Assembly (NCBI GenBank): GCA_964642015.1
Contig: CAZXLF010000002.1
Coordinates: forward strand, 159,678 to 223,677
DNA: 64,000 bases
Direction: 5' to 3'
Source: an uncultured Planctomycetia bacterium
Lineage (GTDB): Bacteria > Omnitrophota > Gorgyraeia > 2-02-FULL-51-18
The notes below the pieces were generated by a model that saw only the letters and a program-made list of their open reading frames with translations, made no database searches and was not told the DNA's origin. Shown piece after piece: positions 48,809 to 58,297 of the stretch; positions within the stretch are counted from its first letter, which is position 1; each line of letters begins with the position of its first letter. Position numbers and translations under genes: made by a program.

Positions 48809-50461
48809 GTGAAACTACAGATCAAAGCGGAATGGGGAATTCATAAGAAAAGCATCGAAGAATGGGTATCTAAAGCCGACAAACTTTCGATAATCCGCCG
48901 TCTTTGGGATAAGGACGCCTCGCTTTGGACGAGGGATGCAAGGACCCAGGAGGAGGTTAAAATGCGCCTGGGCTGGTTGACGGCCCCGAAGGATATCGTT
49001 TCATCGGTCGATGAGATAATTTCATTTACCAAGGAGATCAAGGAAGCCGGATATGCTCACGTGGTTCTTCTGGGCATGGGCGGCTCAAGTCTGGCGCCGG
49101 AAGTTTTTCAAAACGTTCTGGGGAATGTTCAAGGATATCCGGAGCTCATCATTCTGGACAGCACAGATCCTGGACGCGTTCTTGATGTACAGAATCAAAT
49201 CAAGCTTGAAAAGACGCTTTTTATTGTTTCCAGTAAATCTGGTGGCACGGTTGAGCTTCTTTCATTTTTCAAATATTTTTTTGAAAAAGTAAAAGCACTC
49301 AAGAAAGAAGCGGGGGAACAATTTGTAGCGATCACTGATCCCGGCACACCTCTCGAAGAATTGGCAAAGAAGTGCAGATTTAGGAAAATATTTTTGGCGC
49401 CTCCCGATGTGGGCGGGAGATTTTCGGCGTTGACGTATTTCGGATTGGTGCCGGCGGCGTTGATCGGCGTGGATATTCATAAGATTTTGAACAAAGCCTC
49501 GGAAATGATGGAAGCCTGTTCGGCTGGCGTACCTGCGAATGAGAATCCGGCGTTGCTGCTCGGCATCGCAATGGCTGTTTTGTCTGAGGAAGGTAAAGAC
49601 AAATTAACGCTTTTGGCTCCTCAAAAACTTGAACCCTTTGGTGATTGGGTTGAACAGCTTGTGGCAGAGAGCTCAGGCAAGGAGGGCGTGGGTATCGTGC
49701 CGGTGGTCCAAGAGCCGTTGGGCGATCCCGAAAATTACGGCCATGACCGCTTTTTTGTGGCGCTTTCGCCCGGCTATGAAAAAGATGAAGCGCTGGATAA
49801 AAATTTTGAAGCGTTCGTATCTAAAGGGCATCCTGCACTTTCGATCGGGATCGCAGTGTCTGAAGATATTGCGTGTCAGTTTTTTCTTTGGGAAGCTGCG
49901 ACGGCGATCGCATGCGCTTTGCTCAAGATCAACGCGTTCGATCAACCTGATGTGCAATCGGCTAAAGATAAGGCGAAAGCGCTTTTAAAGGCGATCGAGA
50001 TCAAGGGCGCGCTTGAAGTCAGGACTTTTCCGGCGACACTGGAAGATCTTTTTGGAGACCTGAAACCCGGCGATTATGTGGGGATCCTAGCGTTCCTGCC
50101 TGATCGTCCAGCAGTCAAAAATGCATTAAAGGAAATCCAGAAAACGGTCCGCAACTTTGCGCGGAATGCGGTCACGGTAGGATTTGGCCCTAGATACCTT
50201 CATTCAACGGGACAGCTTCATAAAGGAGGTCCGAATACCGGTTTTTTTATTGTGATCACGGCAAAGCCATCCCAAGATATTGCTGTACCGGGAGAAAAAT
50301 ACAGTTTCGGCCAGCTTGAATTCGCGCAAGCAATGGGTGATTATGAGACGTTGGGTTTCAAAGAGCGTCAAGTGGTCCATTTGAAGCTAGACAGCGATTC
50401 AGAAAAAGGTTTGAGCGCTTTGCAAGAACAGATCAATAAGGCTATTGCGGTATGGGTTTAA
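48809..50461 (+). CDS. pgi: Glucose-6-phosphate isomerase (type found in Tal-Pgi fusions)
   Basis: GMGGSSL, SSKSGGT, GGRFS, EQLVAESSGK, FDQPDV, YLHSTGQLHKGG. Confidence 0.9.
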   Translation: MKLQIKAEWGIHKKSIEEWVSKADKLSIIRRLWDKDASLWTRDARTQEEVKMRLGWLTAPKDIVSSVDEIISFTKEIKEAGYAHVVLLGMGGSSLAPEVFQNVLGNVQGYPELIILDSTDPGRVLDVQNQIKLEKTLFIVSSKSGGTVELLSFFKYFFEKVKALKKEAGEQFVAITDPGTPLEELAKKCRFRKIFLAPPDVGGRFSALTYFGLVPAALIGVDIHKILNKASEMMEACSAGVPANENPALLLGIAMAVLSEEGKDKLTLLAPQKLEPFGDWVEQLVAESSGKEGVGIVPVVQEPLGDPENYGHDRFFVALSPGYEKDEALDKNFEAFVSKGHPALSIGIAVSEDIACQFFLWEAATAIACALLKINAFDQPDVQSAKDKAKALLKAIEIKGALEVRTFPATLEDLFGDLKPGDYVGILAFLPDRPAVKNALKEIQKTVRNFARNAVTVGFGPRYLHSTGQLHKGGPNTGFFIVITAKPSQDIAVPGEKYSFGQLEFAQAMGDYETLGFKERQVVHLKLDSDSEKGLSALQEQINKAIAVWV

Positions 50462-50465
50462 AAGT

Positions 50466-50837
50466 ATGAAATGGATTTTTTTGATAGCCGGAGGGATCGC
50501 GGGGACCATATGCCGTTATCTGGTATCCGGGCTCGTTTATAAAGCGGCCGGGACGAATTTTCCTTACGGGACGCTAGTTGTTAATCTATCCGCGTGTTTG
50601 CTGATCGGCTTTCTTTCGGCGCTCAGCGATGATAAGTTTTTATTGAGCCCTGAAATGAAAATTCTGTGGATGGCCGGTTTTTGCGGCGCGTATAGTACGT
50701 TTTCTACGTTTATACTGGAGACTGCCAATTTAATGAAGGACGGTGAAATGACGAGAGCGTTTTGGAATGTTGCTTTGAGCGTTGTGGCAGGTTTTTTTGT
50801 TTTTAGTCTCGGTGCCATGTTAGGGAGATGGGTATGA
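50466..50837 (+). CDS. crcB: Fluoride efflux channel CrcB/Fluc
   Basis: GG..G...RY, FPYGTL.VN, GFCGAYSTFSTF. Confidence 0.94.
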   Translation: MKWIFLIAGGIAGTICRYLVSGLVYKAAGTNFPYGTLVVNLSACLLIGFLSALSDDKFLLSPEMKILWMAGFCGAYSTFSTFILETANLMKDGEMTRAFWNVALSVVAGFFVFSLGAMLGRWV

Positions 50838-51169
50838 AGATCCCAAGAGAGGGTAAACTTTTAAGGATCTTTGTCGGTGAGCAGGATAAATGGGACCATA
50901 AGCCACTTTATGAAGAGATTGTTCTTCTGGCAAAGAAAGAAGGTTTGGCCGGCGCTACGGCGATAAAAGGTTTTCTGGGTTTTGGCTGCCACAGCCACAT
51001 GCATACAGCAAAGCTTTTACGTTTATCCGAAGACCTTCCTATTATCATCGAGATCGTTGACAGCGAAGAAAAGATCCAGGCGTTTTTGCCGAAATTGGAT
51101 GAAATGGTCAAAGAAGGCCTTATTACGCTTGAAAAAGCGACCGTGGTCATGTACCGAGCGGAAAAATAA
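50834..51169 (+). CDS. DUF190 (PII-like) protein
   Basis: LRIFVGE, GLAGAT..KG..GFG, LSEDLP; usual crcB neighbour; ATGA overlap. Confidence 0.9.
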   Translation: MKIPREGKLLRIFVGEQDKWDHKPLYEEIVLLAKKEGLAGATAIKGFLGFGCHSHMHTAKLLRLSEDLPIIIEIVDSEEKIQAFLPKLDEMVKEGLITLEKATVVMYRAEK

Positions 51170-51170
51170 G

Positions 51171-51713
51171 ATGAAGTTTACGCCCACAAAATTTCCCGAT
51201 GTGATCCTGATCGAGCCGAAAGTGTTCGGTGATTCACGGGGTTATTTTTATGAAAGTTATCGGGAAGACCTTTTTGACAAGAACGGGATCCGCGCGCATT
51301 TTGTTCAAGATAATCAGAGCCGTTCCGCAAAGGGCGTATTGAGAGCGCTGCATTATCAGGTCAAACCAAAGGAGCAGGCGAAGCTCATTCGTGTGGTCAG
51401 CGGCGAAGTGTTTGATGTCGTGGTAGATATCCGCCCAAAATCAAAAACGTTCGGCCAGTATTATCATACGATCTTAAGCGCGGAGAACCGCAGGATGCTT
51501 TATATCCCGCAGGGATTCGCGCACGGTTTTCTGGCGTTGCAAGACAATACGGAATTTCTTTACAAAGTGACGGATTTCTATTCACCCGAACATGAACGCG
51601 GGATATTGTGGAATGACACCTCGATAGGCATTCCCTGGCCCAAACTCGATGTGCCGTACGATCTTTCGGAAAAAGACAAAAAAAGCCCGTCTTTTCGCGA
51701 AGTTTTCCGCTAA
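51171..51713 (+). CDS. rfbC: dTDP-4-dehydrorhamnose 3,5-epimerase
   Basis: FGDSRGYF, VQDNQS, LRALHYQ, GFAHGF; true ATG 51171 (track start 50982 is too long). Confidence 0.94.
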   Translation: MKFTPTKFPDVILIEPKVFGDSRGYFYESYREDLFDKNGIRAHFVQDNQSRSAKGVLRALHYQVKPKEQAKLIRVVSGEVFDVVVDIRPKSKTFGQYYHTILSAENRRMLYIPQGFAHGFLALQDNTEFLYKVTDFYSPEHERGILWNDTSIGIPWPKLDVPYDLSEKDKKSPSFREVFR

Positions 51714-51719
51714 AATCCC

Positions 51720-52847
51720 TTGCGTTACATCAATCACCCATCTCTTCTTTCGGCCGCGATCGATCTGATCCGTTCATCTCCCTGGCTTTCGGTTGACACC
51801 GAAGCAGATAGTCTGCACCACTACGTTGAAAAATTGTGTTTAATGCAGATTAGCACACCAAATGAGGATCTGGTGATCGATCCGCTGGTCCCGCTGGACC
51901 TGGGTCCGGTCGCGGAAATTTTACTTAAGAAACCACTGATCCTGCACGGCGCCGATTTTGATCTGAGGATCTTGAAAAAAACTTTTGGGATCGTGCCGTC
52001 GGACATTTTTGACACAATGATCGCGGCACAATTTCTGGGTTATGAAAAACAAGGATTAAGCGATCTGGCTCTAAAACACTGTGACGTTCATTTGCCAAAG
52101 AGCGCCCAAAAAGCGGATTGGTCCGAACGTCCATTGGATGAAAAACTTCTTTTATATGCGGCAAATGATACGCATTATTTGAAGACGATTGCAGATGTCA
52201 TGAAAGAGGAATTGATCGCTTTGAAGAGGCTGGAATGGCACAGGCAAACCTGCCAGAAACTTGTCCGAACGATCGGACTTATCAAAGAAAACTCAAATGA
52301 CCGCCAATCTTCCTGGCAGGTCAAGGGTTCGAAGGTATTGAAGGGCGCAGCGCTTACCATTTTAAAGGAGCTGTGGTCATGGCGGGAATCAGAAGCACAG
52401 CGGAGGGACAAGCCAAGTTTTAAGATCATGAATTCTGAGATTCTGGTCGACATGGCCAAATGGTCAAGCGAGAATCTCGGAATGGATATTGCGCTGATGC
52501 CAAAAGCACCCCGTCACGTCAAGCAGGAATATCGTGATGTATTGAACCGCATCATTGACGATGCCAAACGCATGCCTTTGCCGAAGATCACTAATAAACA
52601 GGGTTTTAACCGATCGAAATCCTGGACTGAAGCATCTAAAAAGTGTTTTGATCTTCTTAAAGAAATGCGGGAAAAAATGGCGTCAGAGCTTAAATTGCAG
52701 CCGAGTCTTTTGGCAACGAACGCAGCGCTTGAATTTATTTCTTTGGCGGCGCCTAAGGATCAGCAGGCCTTAAAGTCTTTGGATTGTCTGATGCCTTGGC
52801 AGATCGAGTTGATGGGAGAGGATTTTTTAAAGGTAACAGCCGACTGA
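51720..52847 (+). CDS. rnd: Ribonuclease D (DEDDy exonuclease + HRDC)
   Basis: VDTE, LHGADFD, FDTMIAA, DWSERPL, YAAND. Confidence 0.9.
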   Translation: MRYINHPSLLSAAIDLIRSSPWLSVDTEADSLHHYVEKLCLMQISTPNEDLVIDPLVPLDLGPVAEILLKKPLILHGADFDLRILKKTFGIVPSDIFDTMIAAQFLGYEKQGLSDLALKHCDVHLPKSAQKADWSERPLDEKLLLYAANDTHYLKTIADVMKEELIALKRLEWHRQTCQKLVRTIGLIKENSNDRQSSWQVKGSKVLKGAALTILKELWSWRESEAQRRDKPSFKIMNSEILVDMAKWSSENLGMDIALMPKAPRHVKQEYRDVLNRIIDDAKRMPLPKITNKQGFNRSKSWTEASKKCFDLLKEMREKMASELKLQPSLLATNAALEFISLAAPKDQQALKSLDCLMPWQIELMGEDFLKVTAD

Positions 52848-52988
52848 TTATTTGCTCGAGCCGCTGTCAGCGTTTTTCGCGACAGCATAACCCCCGACCG
52901 CACCTCCTGCGACGAGCAAAGGCGCGCATCCCGAAAGAACCAAGGAAACGCCTAGAAGAATAATAAGTGATGTCAAACGTATCTTCAT
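52848..52988 (-). CDS. Small lipoprotein (46 aa), absent from the ORF track
   Basis: MKIRLTSLIILLGVSLVLSG|CAPLLVAGGAVGGYAVAKNADSGSSK*; LSGC lipobox; TGATAAATT extended -10 ends 6 nt upstream. Confidence 0.8.
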   Translation of the reverse strand: MKIRLTSLIILLGVSLVLSGCAPLLVAGGAVGGYAVAKNADSGSSK

Positions 52989-53030
52989 GAGCCGAATTTA
53001 TCATAAATCTTAGCTCTAAACAAGCGAATT

Positions 53031-53039
53031 TGGTATAAT
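53031..53039 (+). promoter_or_regulatory. Extended -10 promoter of gatCAB
   Basis: TGGTATAAT, 8 nt before ATG 53048; no SD. Confidence 0.6.
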
Positions 53040-53047
53040 GAAACCCT

Positions 53048-53341
53048 ATGAGTAACATTGACTTAAGACATATTGCCCGGCTTTCCCGGCTTCATCTGAC
53101 CGAAGAAGAGCTCAAGTTTTTTGAGACGCAGGTTGCGCAAATCCTGTCTTTTGTGGATAAGCTAAAAGAAGTGAATGTTGAGAATGTAGAGCCGACAAGC
53201 CATCCGCTTTCGTTGAGCAATGTCTTTCGCGACGATGAGGTCAAACCTTCATTGCCGATAGAAGGATTTCTCAAGCATGCGCCGAAGGCCAGAGGCAGAT
53301 TTTTCGAGGTTCCCAAGATCATAGAGGACAAGTCCCGTTAA
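53048..53341 (+). CDS. gatC: Asp/Glu-tRNA amidotransferase subunit C
   Basis: HIARLSRL, VEPTSH, FRDDE, FEVPKII. Confidence 0.93.
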   Translation: MSNIDLRHIARLSRLHLTEEELKFFETQVAQILSFVDKLKEVNVENVEPTSHPLSLSNVFRDDEVKPSLPIEGFLKHAPKARGRFFEVPKIIEDKSR

Positions 53342-53356
53342 AAATTCCCGCGCGCT

Positions 53357-54805
53357 ATGAATCTTTCACAAAAAACTGCATCACAATTAGCCGAACTTTA
53401 TCAAAAAGATTCGATCAACCAGAAAGAGATGCTGACCGATCTGTCCGCTTCGATCCAGTCTAAGGACCACGACCAAAGAAAAATAAATGCCTATGTGAAT
53501 TTTGATTCTATGAAACCGATGCACCGGAAGGCTGATAAAGGGTCAAAGCTTTGGGGGGTGCCGATGGCGATCAAGGATAATATCTGCGTCGAAGGCGAAG
53601 AGATCACTTGCGGTTCCAAGATCCTAAAAGGTTTTATCTCGCCATACAACGCAACGGTGATCGAGAAGCTCTTGAACGCCGGTGCGATCATTTTCGGCAG
53701 GACAAACCAGGATGAATTTGCGTTCGGTTCAAGCTGCGAGACTTCCTGTTATGGTCCGACAAGAAATCCGCGAGATCCGCAGAGAGTTCCTGGCGGCTCA
53801 AGCGGCGGTTCCGCCGCTTGTGTTGCAGACCACACGGCTATTGCGGCGCTCGGCAGCGATACCGGCGGGTCGATCCGTCAGCCGGCCGCGTTTTGCGGGG
53901 TCGTCGGGATGAAACCCACTTATGGACGCGTTTCGCGGTTTGGGCTCATTGCTTTCGCATCAAGTCTTGATCAGATAGGGCCTATCACTAAAGACGTAAG
54001 AGATAATGCGCTTTTGCTTCAGGTTCTGGCCGGTCACGATCCCAAAGATTCTACTTCCGCAGATATACCGGTGCCGAATTATTTAGATTTCTTGAGCAGA
54101 AACATCAAGGGTATGAAAATTGGTTTTCCGAAAGAAATGCAGCATAATCTGACTCCTGAAGGGAGTCAGGTGATGGATACCGCAATAAAAGTATTACAGG
54201 ATCAAGGAGCAGTCATTGATCGTCAAATATCTTTGCCTCATACTGATTATGCGGTAAATGTTTATTATATTGTGGCTCCTTCCGAAGCAAGTTCTAATTT
54301 GGCAAGATTCGATGGGGTTCGCTTTGGATTCCGCGATAAATCAGCATCTAGCCTTCTGGAAATGTATGAAAATACGCGCGGACAAGGATTTGGTGCCGAA
54401 GTAAAAAGGCGCATTATTCTTGGGACCTACAGCCTTTCAAGCGGTTATTACGACGCTTATTACTTGAAAGCCATGAAAGTGCGCACCAAAATTAAAAATG
54501 ATTATGATGAGGCTTTTAAAAAAGTGAACGCGATTATCATGCCGACGGCTCCCAGTTCCGCTTTTAAACTCGGAGAAAAAACTCAAAATCCTTTAGAAAT
54601 GTACCTGTCTGATATTTATACAATCTCAGCGAACCTTGCAGGAATTCCGGCGATATCGATCCCGGGGAGTCTATCAGTTGATCAAAAATTACCTTTGGGC
54701 CTGCAATTTTTAGGAAAACCCTTCGATGAAGGGACTTTGTACCAGATCGCCTATGCATTTGAACAGGCGACCGACTTTCACAAAAAATTGGGGAATGTGA
54801 GCTGA
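53357..54805 (+). CDS. gatA: Asp/Glu-tRNA amidotransferase subunit A
   Basis: [33 protein letters not shown]. Confidence 0.96.
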   Translation: MNLSQKTASQLAELYQKDSINQKEMLTDLSASIQSKDHDQRKINAYVNFDSMKPMHRKADKGSKLWGVPMAIKDNICVEGEEITCGSKILKGFISPYNATVIEKLLNAGAIIFGRTNQDEFAFGSSCETSCYGPTRNPRDPQRVPGGSSGGSAACVADHTAIAALGSDTGGSIRQPAAFCGVVGMKPTYGRVSRFGLIAFASSLDQIGPITKDVRDNALLLQVLAGHDPKDSTSADIPVPNYLDFLSRNIKGMKIGFPKEMQHNLTPEGSQVMDTAIKVLQDQGAVIDRQISLPHTDYAVNVYYIVAPSEASSNLARFDGVRFGFRDKSASSLLEMYENTRGQGFGAEVKRRIILGTYSLSSGYYDAYYLKAMKVRTKIKNDYDEAFKKVNAIIMPTAPSSAFKLGEKTQNPLEMYLSDIYTISANLAGIPAISIPGSLSVDQKLPLGLQFLGKPFDEGTLYQIAYAFEQATDFHKKLGNVS

Positions 54806-56232
54806 TGCTGACGACGATAGGGCTTGAAGTCCATGTTCAACTCAATTCGAAAACAAAAATTTTCTGCGGATGTGAAATAAAATTCGGTAGCGCGCCAAAT
54901 AGCCAGGTGTGTCCGGTGTGCCTTGGTCTTCCGGGCGTGCTTCCCGTTTTGAACCGCGAAGTCTTTGATCTGGGTCTTCGTGCTGTGTTGGCGCTTAACG
55001 GGAAGATCTCCAAAAAAATAAAGTTCGACCGCAAAAATTATTATTATCCCGACCTTCCCAAAGGCTATCAGATCTCTCAATATGATTGTCCGCTGGGTCA
55101 GGGCGGCTTTATCGAGCTTAATTCAGGGAAGAAGATCCGTTTGAACCGCGCGCATTTAGAAGAAGATGCGGGCAAATTGATTCATGACCAATCGCCGGAT
55201 ACGAGCCACGTGGATCTAAACCGTGCCGGCACACCGCTTTTAGAGATCGTCAGCGAGCCGGATCTCGAAACTTCCGACGAAGCTTATGAATATCTGTCGC
55301 ATCTGAAAGCGCTCCTAAAAGCTGTGAGCGTCTCTGAGTGTGATATGGAAAAAGGCCATTTAAGGTGTGATGCGAATGTTTCAGTAAGAAAAAATTCTTC
55401 GGATGAATTGGGTAAAAAAGTTGAGATCAAGAACCTGAATTCTTTCAAAGCGGTTAAATCCGCGATCGAATTTGAAGTAAGTCGTCAGACGGAAGCGCTT
55501 GAAAAAGGGGAGAAACTTGTTCAAGAGACTCGTCTTTGGGATGATGCGCGTCAGAAAACTTTTTCGATGCGTTCCAAAGAAGAGGCGCATGATTACCGTT
55601 ATTTTCCTGAACCGGATCTCGTGCCGTTCAGCATTTCTGAAGAAGAGATCAGGAAGGAGAGAGAAGCGCTCAGCAAGCTCGAGCTCCCAAGACAACGTAA
55701 AGACAGATTCGTGAAGCAATACAGTTTGTCGGATTACGATGCTAAGCTATTAAGTGGTGATGAAAAGATTGCAGAATTTTTTGAGGAAACTCTCAAGCTT
55801 ACTAATAACCCAAAAACTGTAGCTAATTGGATTACGGGACCCATTTTTGCTTATTTAGGTGAGAAAAATACTACCATTGAGAGCACCAAACTTACGCCGT
55901 ATTTACTTGTTGGCACTTCTAATTTAGTGCAAGAGAATAAGGTGAGTTTTCAAGTTGCTAAGGAAAAAATTCTTCCAGAGGTTATAGAAAAAGGCCTTAA
56001 TCCGATAAATGTAATGGATGAAAAAGGTCTTGCGCAAGTATCTGACGACGGCGCTATTATCCGGTGGATTGTAGAGGTGATAAAAGAAAATTCCAAGGTT
56101 GTCGGAGATTTCAAATCAGGAAAAGAAACCGCCGCGATGTTTTTGGTTGGCCAAGTGATGAAGAAAAGCCAGGGGAAAGCCAATCCCGGAAAAGTGAAGG
56201 ACCTGCTTTTAGTCAAATTAAAAGAAGTTTAG
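54805..56232 (+). CDS. gatB: Asp/Glu-tRNA amidotransferase subunit B
   Basis: IGLEVHVQL, RKNYYYPDLPK, LEEDAGK, YRYFPEPDL. Confidence 0.96.
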   Translation: MLTTIGLEVHVQLNSKTKIFCGCEIKFGSAPNSQVCPVCLGLPGVLPVLNREVFDLGLRAVLALNGKISKKIKFDRKNYYYPDLPKGYQISQYDCPLGQGGFIELNSGKKIRLNRAHLEEDAGKLIHDQSPDTSHVDLNRAGTPLLEIVSEPDLETSDEAYEYLSHLKALLKAVSVSECDMEKGHLRCDANVSVRKNSSDELGKKVEIKNLNSFKAVKSAIEFEVSRQTEALEKGEKLVQETRLWDDARQKTFSMRSKEEAHDYRYFPEPDLVPFSISEEEIRKEREALSKLELPRQRKDRFVKQYSLSDYDAKLLSGDEKIAEFFEETLKLTNNPKTVANWITGPIFAYLGEKNTTIESTKLTPYLLVGTSNLVQENKVSFQVAKEKILPEVIEKGLNPINVMDEKGLAQVSDDGAIIRWIVEVIKENSKVVGDFKSGKETAAMFLVGQVMKKSQGKANPGKVKDLLLVKLKEV

Positions 56233-56234
56233 CG

Positions 56235-57416
56235 ATGCGCAAGTTCTTTGTCCTATCAGCGATCTTGCTGGTTTTCGTTTCAGCTTTTGTGATCCTTTCT
56301 TTCAATCGGGCCCATGCCAAAAATCAAGAAAGCAGGGACGAACTTTTAAATCAATCTGGTGTATTTTTTAATCTGCTGTTGCTTGCCAAGTCTGATTACG
56401 TTGACGAAGTGCCTACCAAGAAACTTCTGGAAGGCGCAATGAACGGTTTGCTCAGATCTCTTGATCCTTATAGTCAATTTTTGACTGCCGAGGCATATGA
56501 AGAACTGAAGATGGATACACAAGGGCAATATTTAGGGATCGGGATAGAGATCAGTGTAAAGGGCGGAGCGCTTCATGTGATCGCGCCACTCGATGATACG
56601 CCGGCTGAGAGAGCTGGCATCAAAGCCGGTGATAACATCATCAAGATCAATGACGTTTCCACGAGGGATATCACACTGGCTGATGCTGTGAAAAGGATGC
56701 GGGGAGAGCCGGGCACGATCATTAAACTCACTATCTTGCGCGAAGGCGAGGACAAGGTAATGGATTTCTTGGTGAAGAGAGATAAGATCAAAGCAAAAAG
56801 CATTAAAGAAGCGAAGCTTTTGACCGGCAACGTCGGATATATCCGCATCTCGGCTTTTCAAGAGAGAAGCGCAGATGATTTTGACGCGGCGGTAAAAGAC
56901 CTGGAAAAGAAACAAATGTCAGGACTGATCCTCGACATCCGGAACAATGCCGGAGGTTTGCTTAGCTCCGCGGTCGAGGTTACGGAAAAATTCATCCCGG
57001 AAGGCAAAGTAGTCGTTTCCACTAAAGGCAGAAATCCGAAGAAGACAAATATTTATGTGTCAGATACCAAACATCCTTACGATATTTCCCCGCTGATCGT
57101 GTTGGTGGATAAAGGCAGCGCCAGCGGTGCGGAAATTTTAGCGGGGGCTATCCAAGACTATCATTTGGGCACGATCGTCGGAGTCAAAACTTTCGGGAAA
57201 GGTTCCGTGCAGTCATTGATTCCTCTGGGCGATGGCACTGCGGCGCGCATGACCACGAGCCGTTATTATACTCCGAATGGGCGGCTGATCCATGAAATAG
57301 GCATCATGCCGGATATTGTGGTCGAAGCGCAGGGCGACAAAAGCATCAAAGATAATCAATTGGAGCGCGCATTAACTCTCGTCAACGAATCGAAAACCAA
57401 GCCTTTGGCAGTGTAA
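56235..57416 (+). CDS. ctpA: C-terminal processing peptidase (S41A, PDZ)
   Basis: LDPYS, GIGI PDZ loop, DIRNNAGG, SASGAE, TFGKGSVQ; true ATG 56235. Confidence 0.92.
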   Translation: MRKFFVLSAILLVFVSAFVILSFNRAHAKNQESRDELLNQSGVFFNLLLLAKSDYVDEVPTKKLLEGAMNGLLRSLDPYSQFLTAEAYEELKMDTQGQYLGIGIEISVKGGALHVIAPLDDTPAERAGIKAGDNIIKINDVSTRDITLADAVKRMRGEPGTIIKLTILREGEDKVMDFLVKRDKIKAKSIKEAKLLTGNVGYIRISAFQERSADDFDAAVKDLEKKQMSGLILDIRNNAGGLLSSAVEVTEKFIPEGKVVVSTKGRNPKKTNIYVSDTKHPYDISPLIVLVDKGSASGAEILAGAIQDYHLGTIVGVKTFGKGSVQSLIPLGDGTAARMTTSRYYTPNGRLIHEIGIMPDIVVEAQGDKSIKDNQLERALTLVNESKTKPLAV

Positions 57417-57422
57417 AGGATC

Positions 57423-58286
57423 ATGAGAAATCTAAAAATAATTTTTTCTACCTTGTTTGTGATACTCATTAGTTTTTTTATAGTTCGTGCATGTGTCCAC
57501 AAACACGCGATTCGCCATGAGATCGAAAAACCACATCCTATAATTAAGAAAAAAGTAATTCACAGGAACGTTGTCCTGCCAGAGGAAGAAAAGGCAGCTC
57601 AGATGCCGTCAGAGACGCCTATCCAAGGACCTAGGATGGCGATCATTCTTGATGATTGGGGAAATAATTATTCTCTTTTAAAGTCGGCGATCGATATCGG
57701 TCGGCCGATCACTTTGTCTATCTTGCCGCATTTGACTAACAGCGCTCGCATTGCCGAAGAAGCTTATGAGAATAATCTCGGCGTGATGCTGCACATGCCC
57801 ATGCAGCCTAAGAACAAAACTAGAGGGCTTGAGCCGCATACGATTATGGTCACGGACCCTGATAGTGTGGTCGTGGAATATCTCGACAGCGCTTTAGAAA
57901 GTGTGCCGCATGCCGATGGCGTTAACAATCACATGGGTTCAGCAGCGACATCCGATGAGCGCGTGATGCGGACGGTTCTTTCGCATTTGACGGCGAAGAA
58001 CCTCTTTTTTATCGACAGCGATACCGATTCGACAACTGTTGCGCCCAAGATTGCCAGAGAAGTAGGCATCAAATTCGCCAAACGGAATGTATTTATCGAT
58101 AATGTCCCGGATGAGGAAATGATCAAAAATCAGCTCGAAAAAGCCAAAGCTTATGCTTTGAGGCGCGGCCGTGTGGTCGTGATCGGACATGACAAAAAAA
58201 TGACGCTTGACGTGATAAAGAGCATGGTCCCTGAAATCGAGAAAGCAGGCATCAAATTAGTTTTAGTGAAAGAGCTGGTAAATTGA
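57423..58286 (+). CDS. Divergent polysaccharide deacetylase (YibQ family)
   Basis: IILDDWG, LHMPMQP, NNHMGS, FIDS, IGH. Confidence 0.9.
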   Translation: MRNLKIIFSTLFVILISFFIVRACVHKHAIRHEIEKPHPIIKKKVIHRNVVLPEEEKAAQMPSETPIQGPRMAIILDDWGNNYSLLKSAIDIGRPITLSILPHLTNSARIAEEAYENNLGVMLHMPMQPKNKTRGLEPHTIMVTDPDSVVVEYLDSALESVPHADGVNNHMGSAATSDERVMRTVLSHLTAKNLFFIDSDTDSTTVAPKIAREVGIKFAKRNVFIDNVPDEEMIKNQLEKAKAYALRRGRVVVIGHDKKMTLDVIKSMVPEIEKAGIKLVLVKELVN

Positions 58287-58297
58287 GAAGATCTTCT

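Noticed and set aside
48797-48811. tal and pgi are in the same frame: possible read-through giving a Tal-Pgi fusion
   Set aside because: Two in-frame stops (TAA, TGA) and an AAGGTG SD before the pgi GTG indicate separate genes.
50400-50466. Fluoride riboswitch upstream of crcB
   Set aside because: crcB starts 4 nt after the pgi stop; no leader or motif is present.
52867-53058. 63-aa minus-strand ORF from the track, or an ncRNA in the rnd-gatC gap
   Set aside because: A different frame (52848-52988) gives a clear lipoprotein with its own promoter and explains the gap.
50982-56234. Long N-terminal extensions in the track for rfbC (50982) and ctpA (56064); likewise the GspI-like gene (1223)
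   Set aside because: They overlap upstream genes out of frame; family-typical starts are at 51171, 56235 and 1355.
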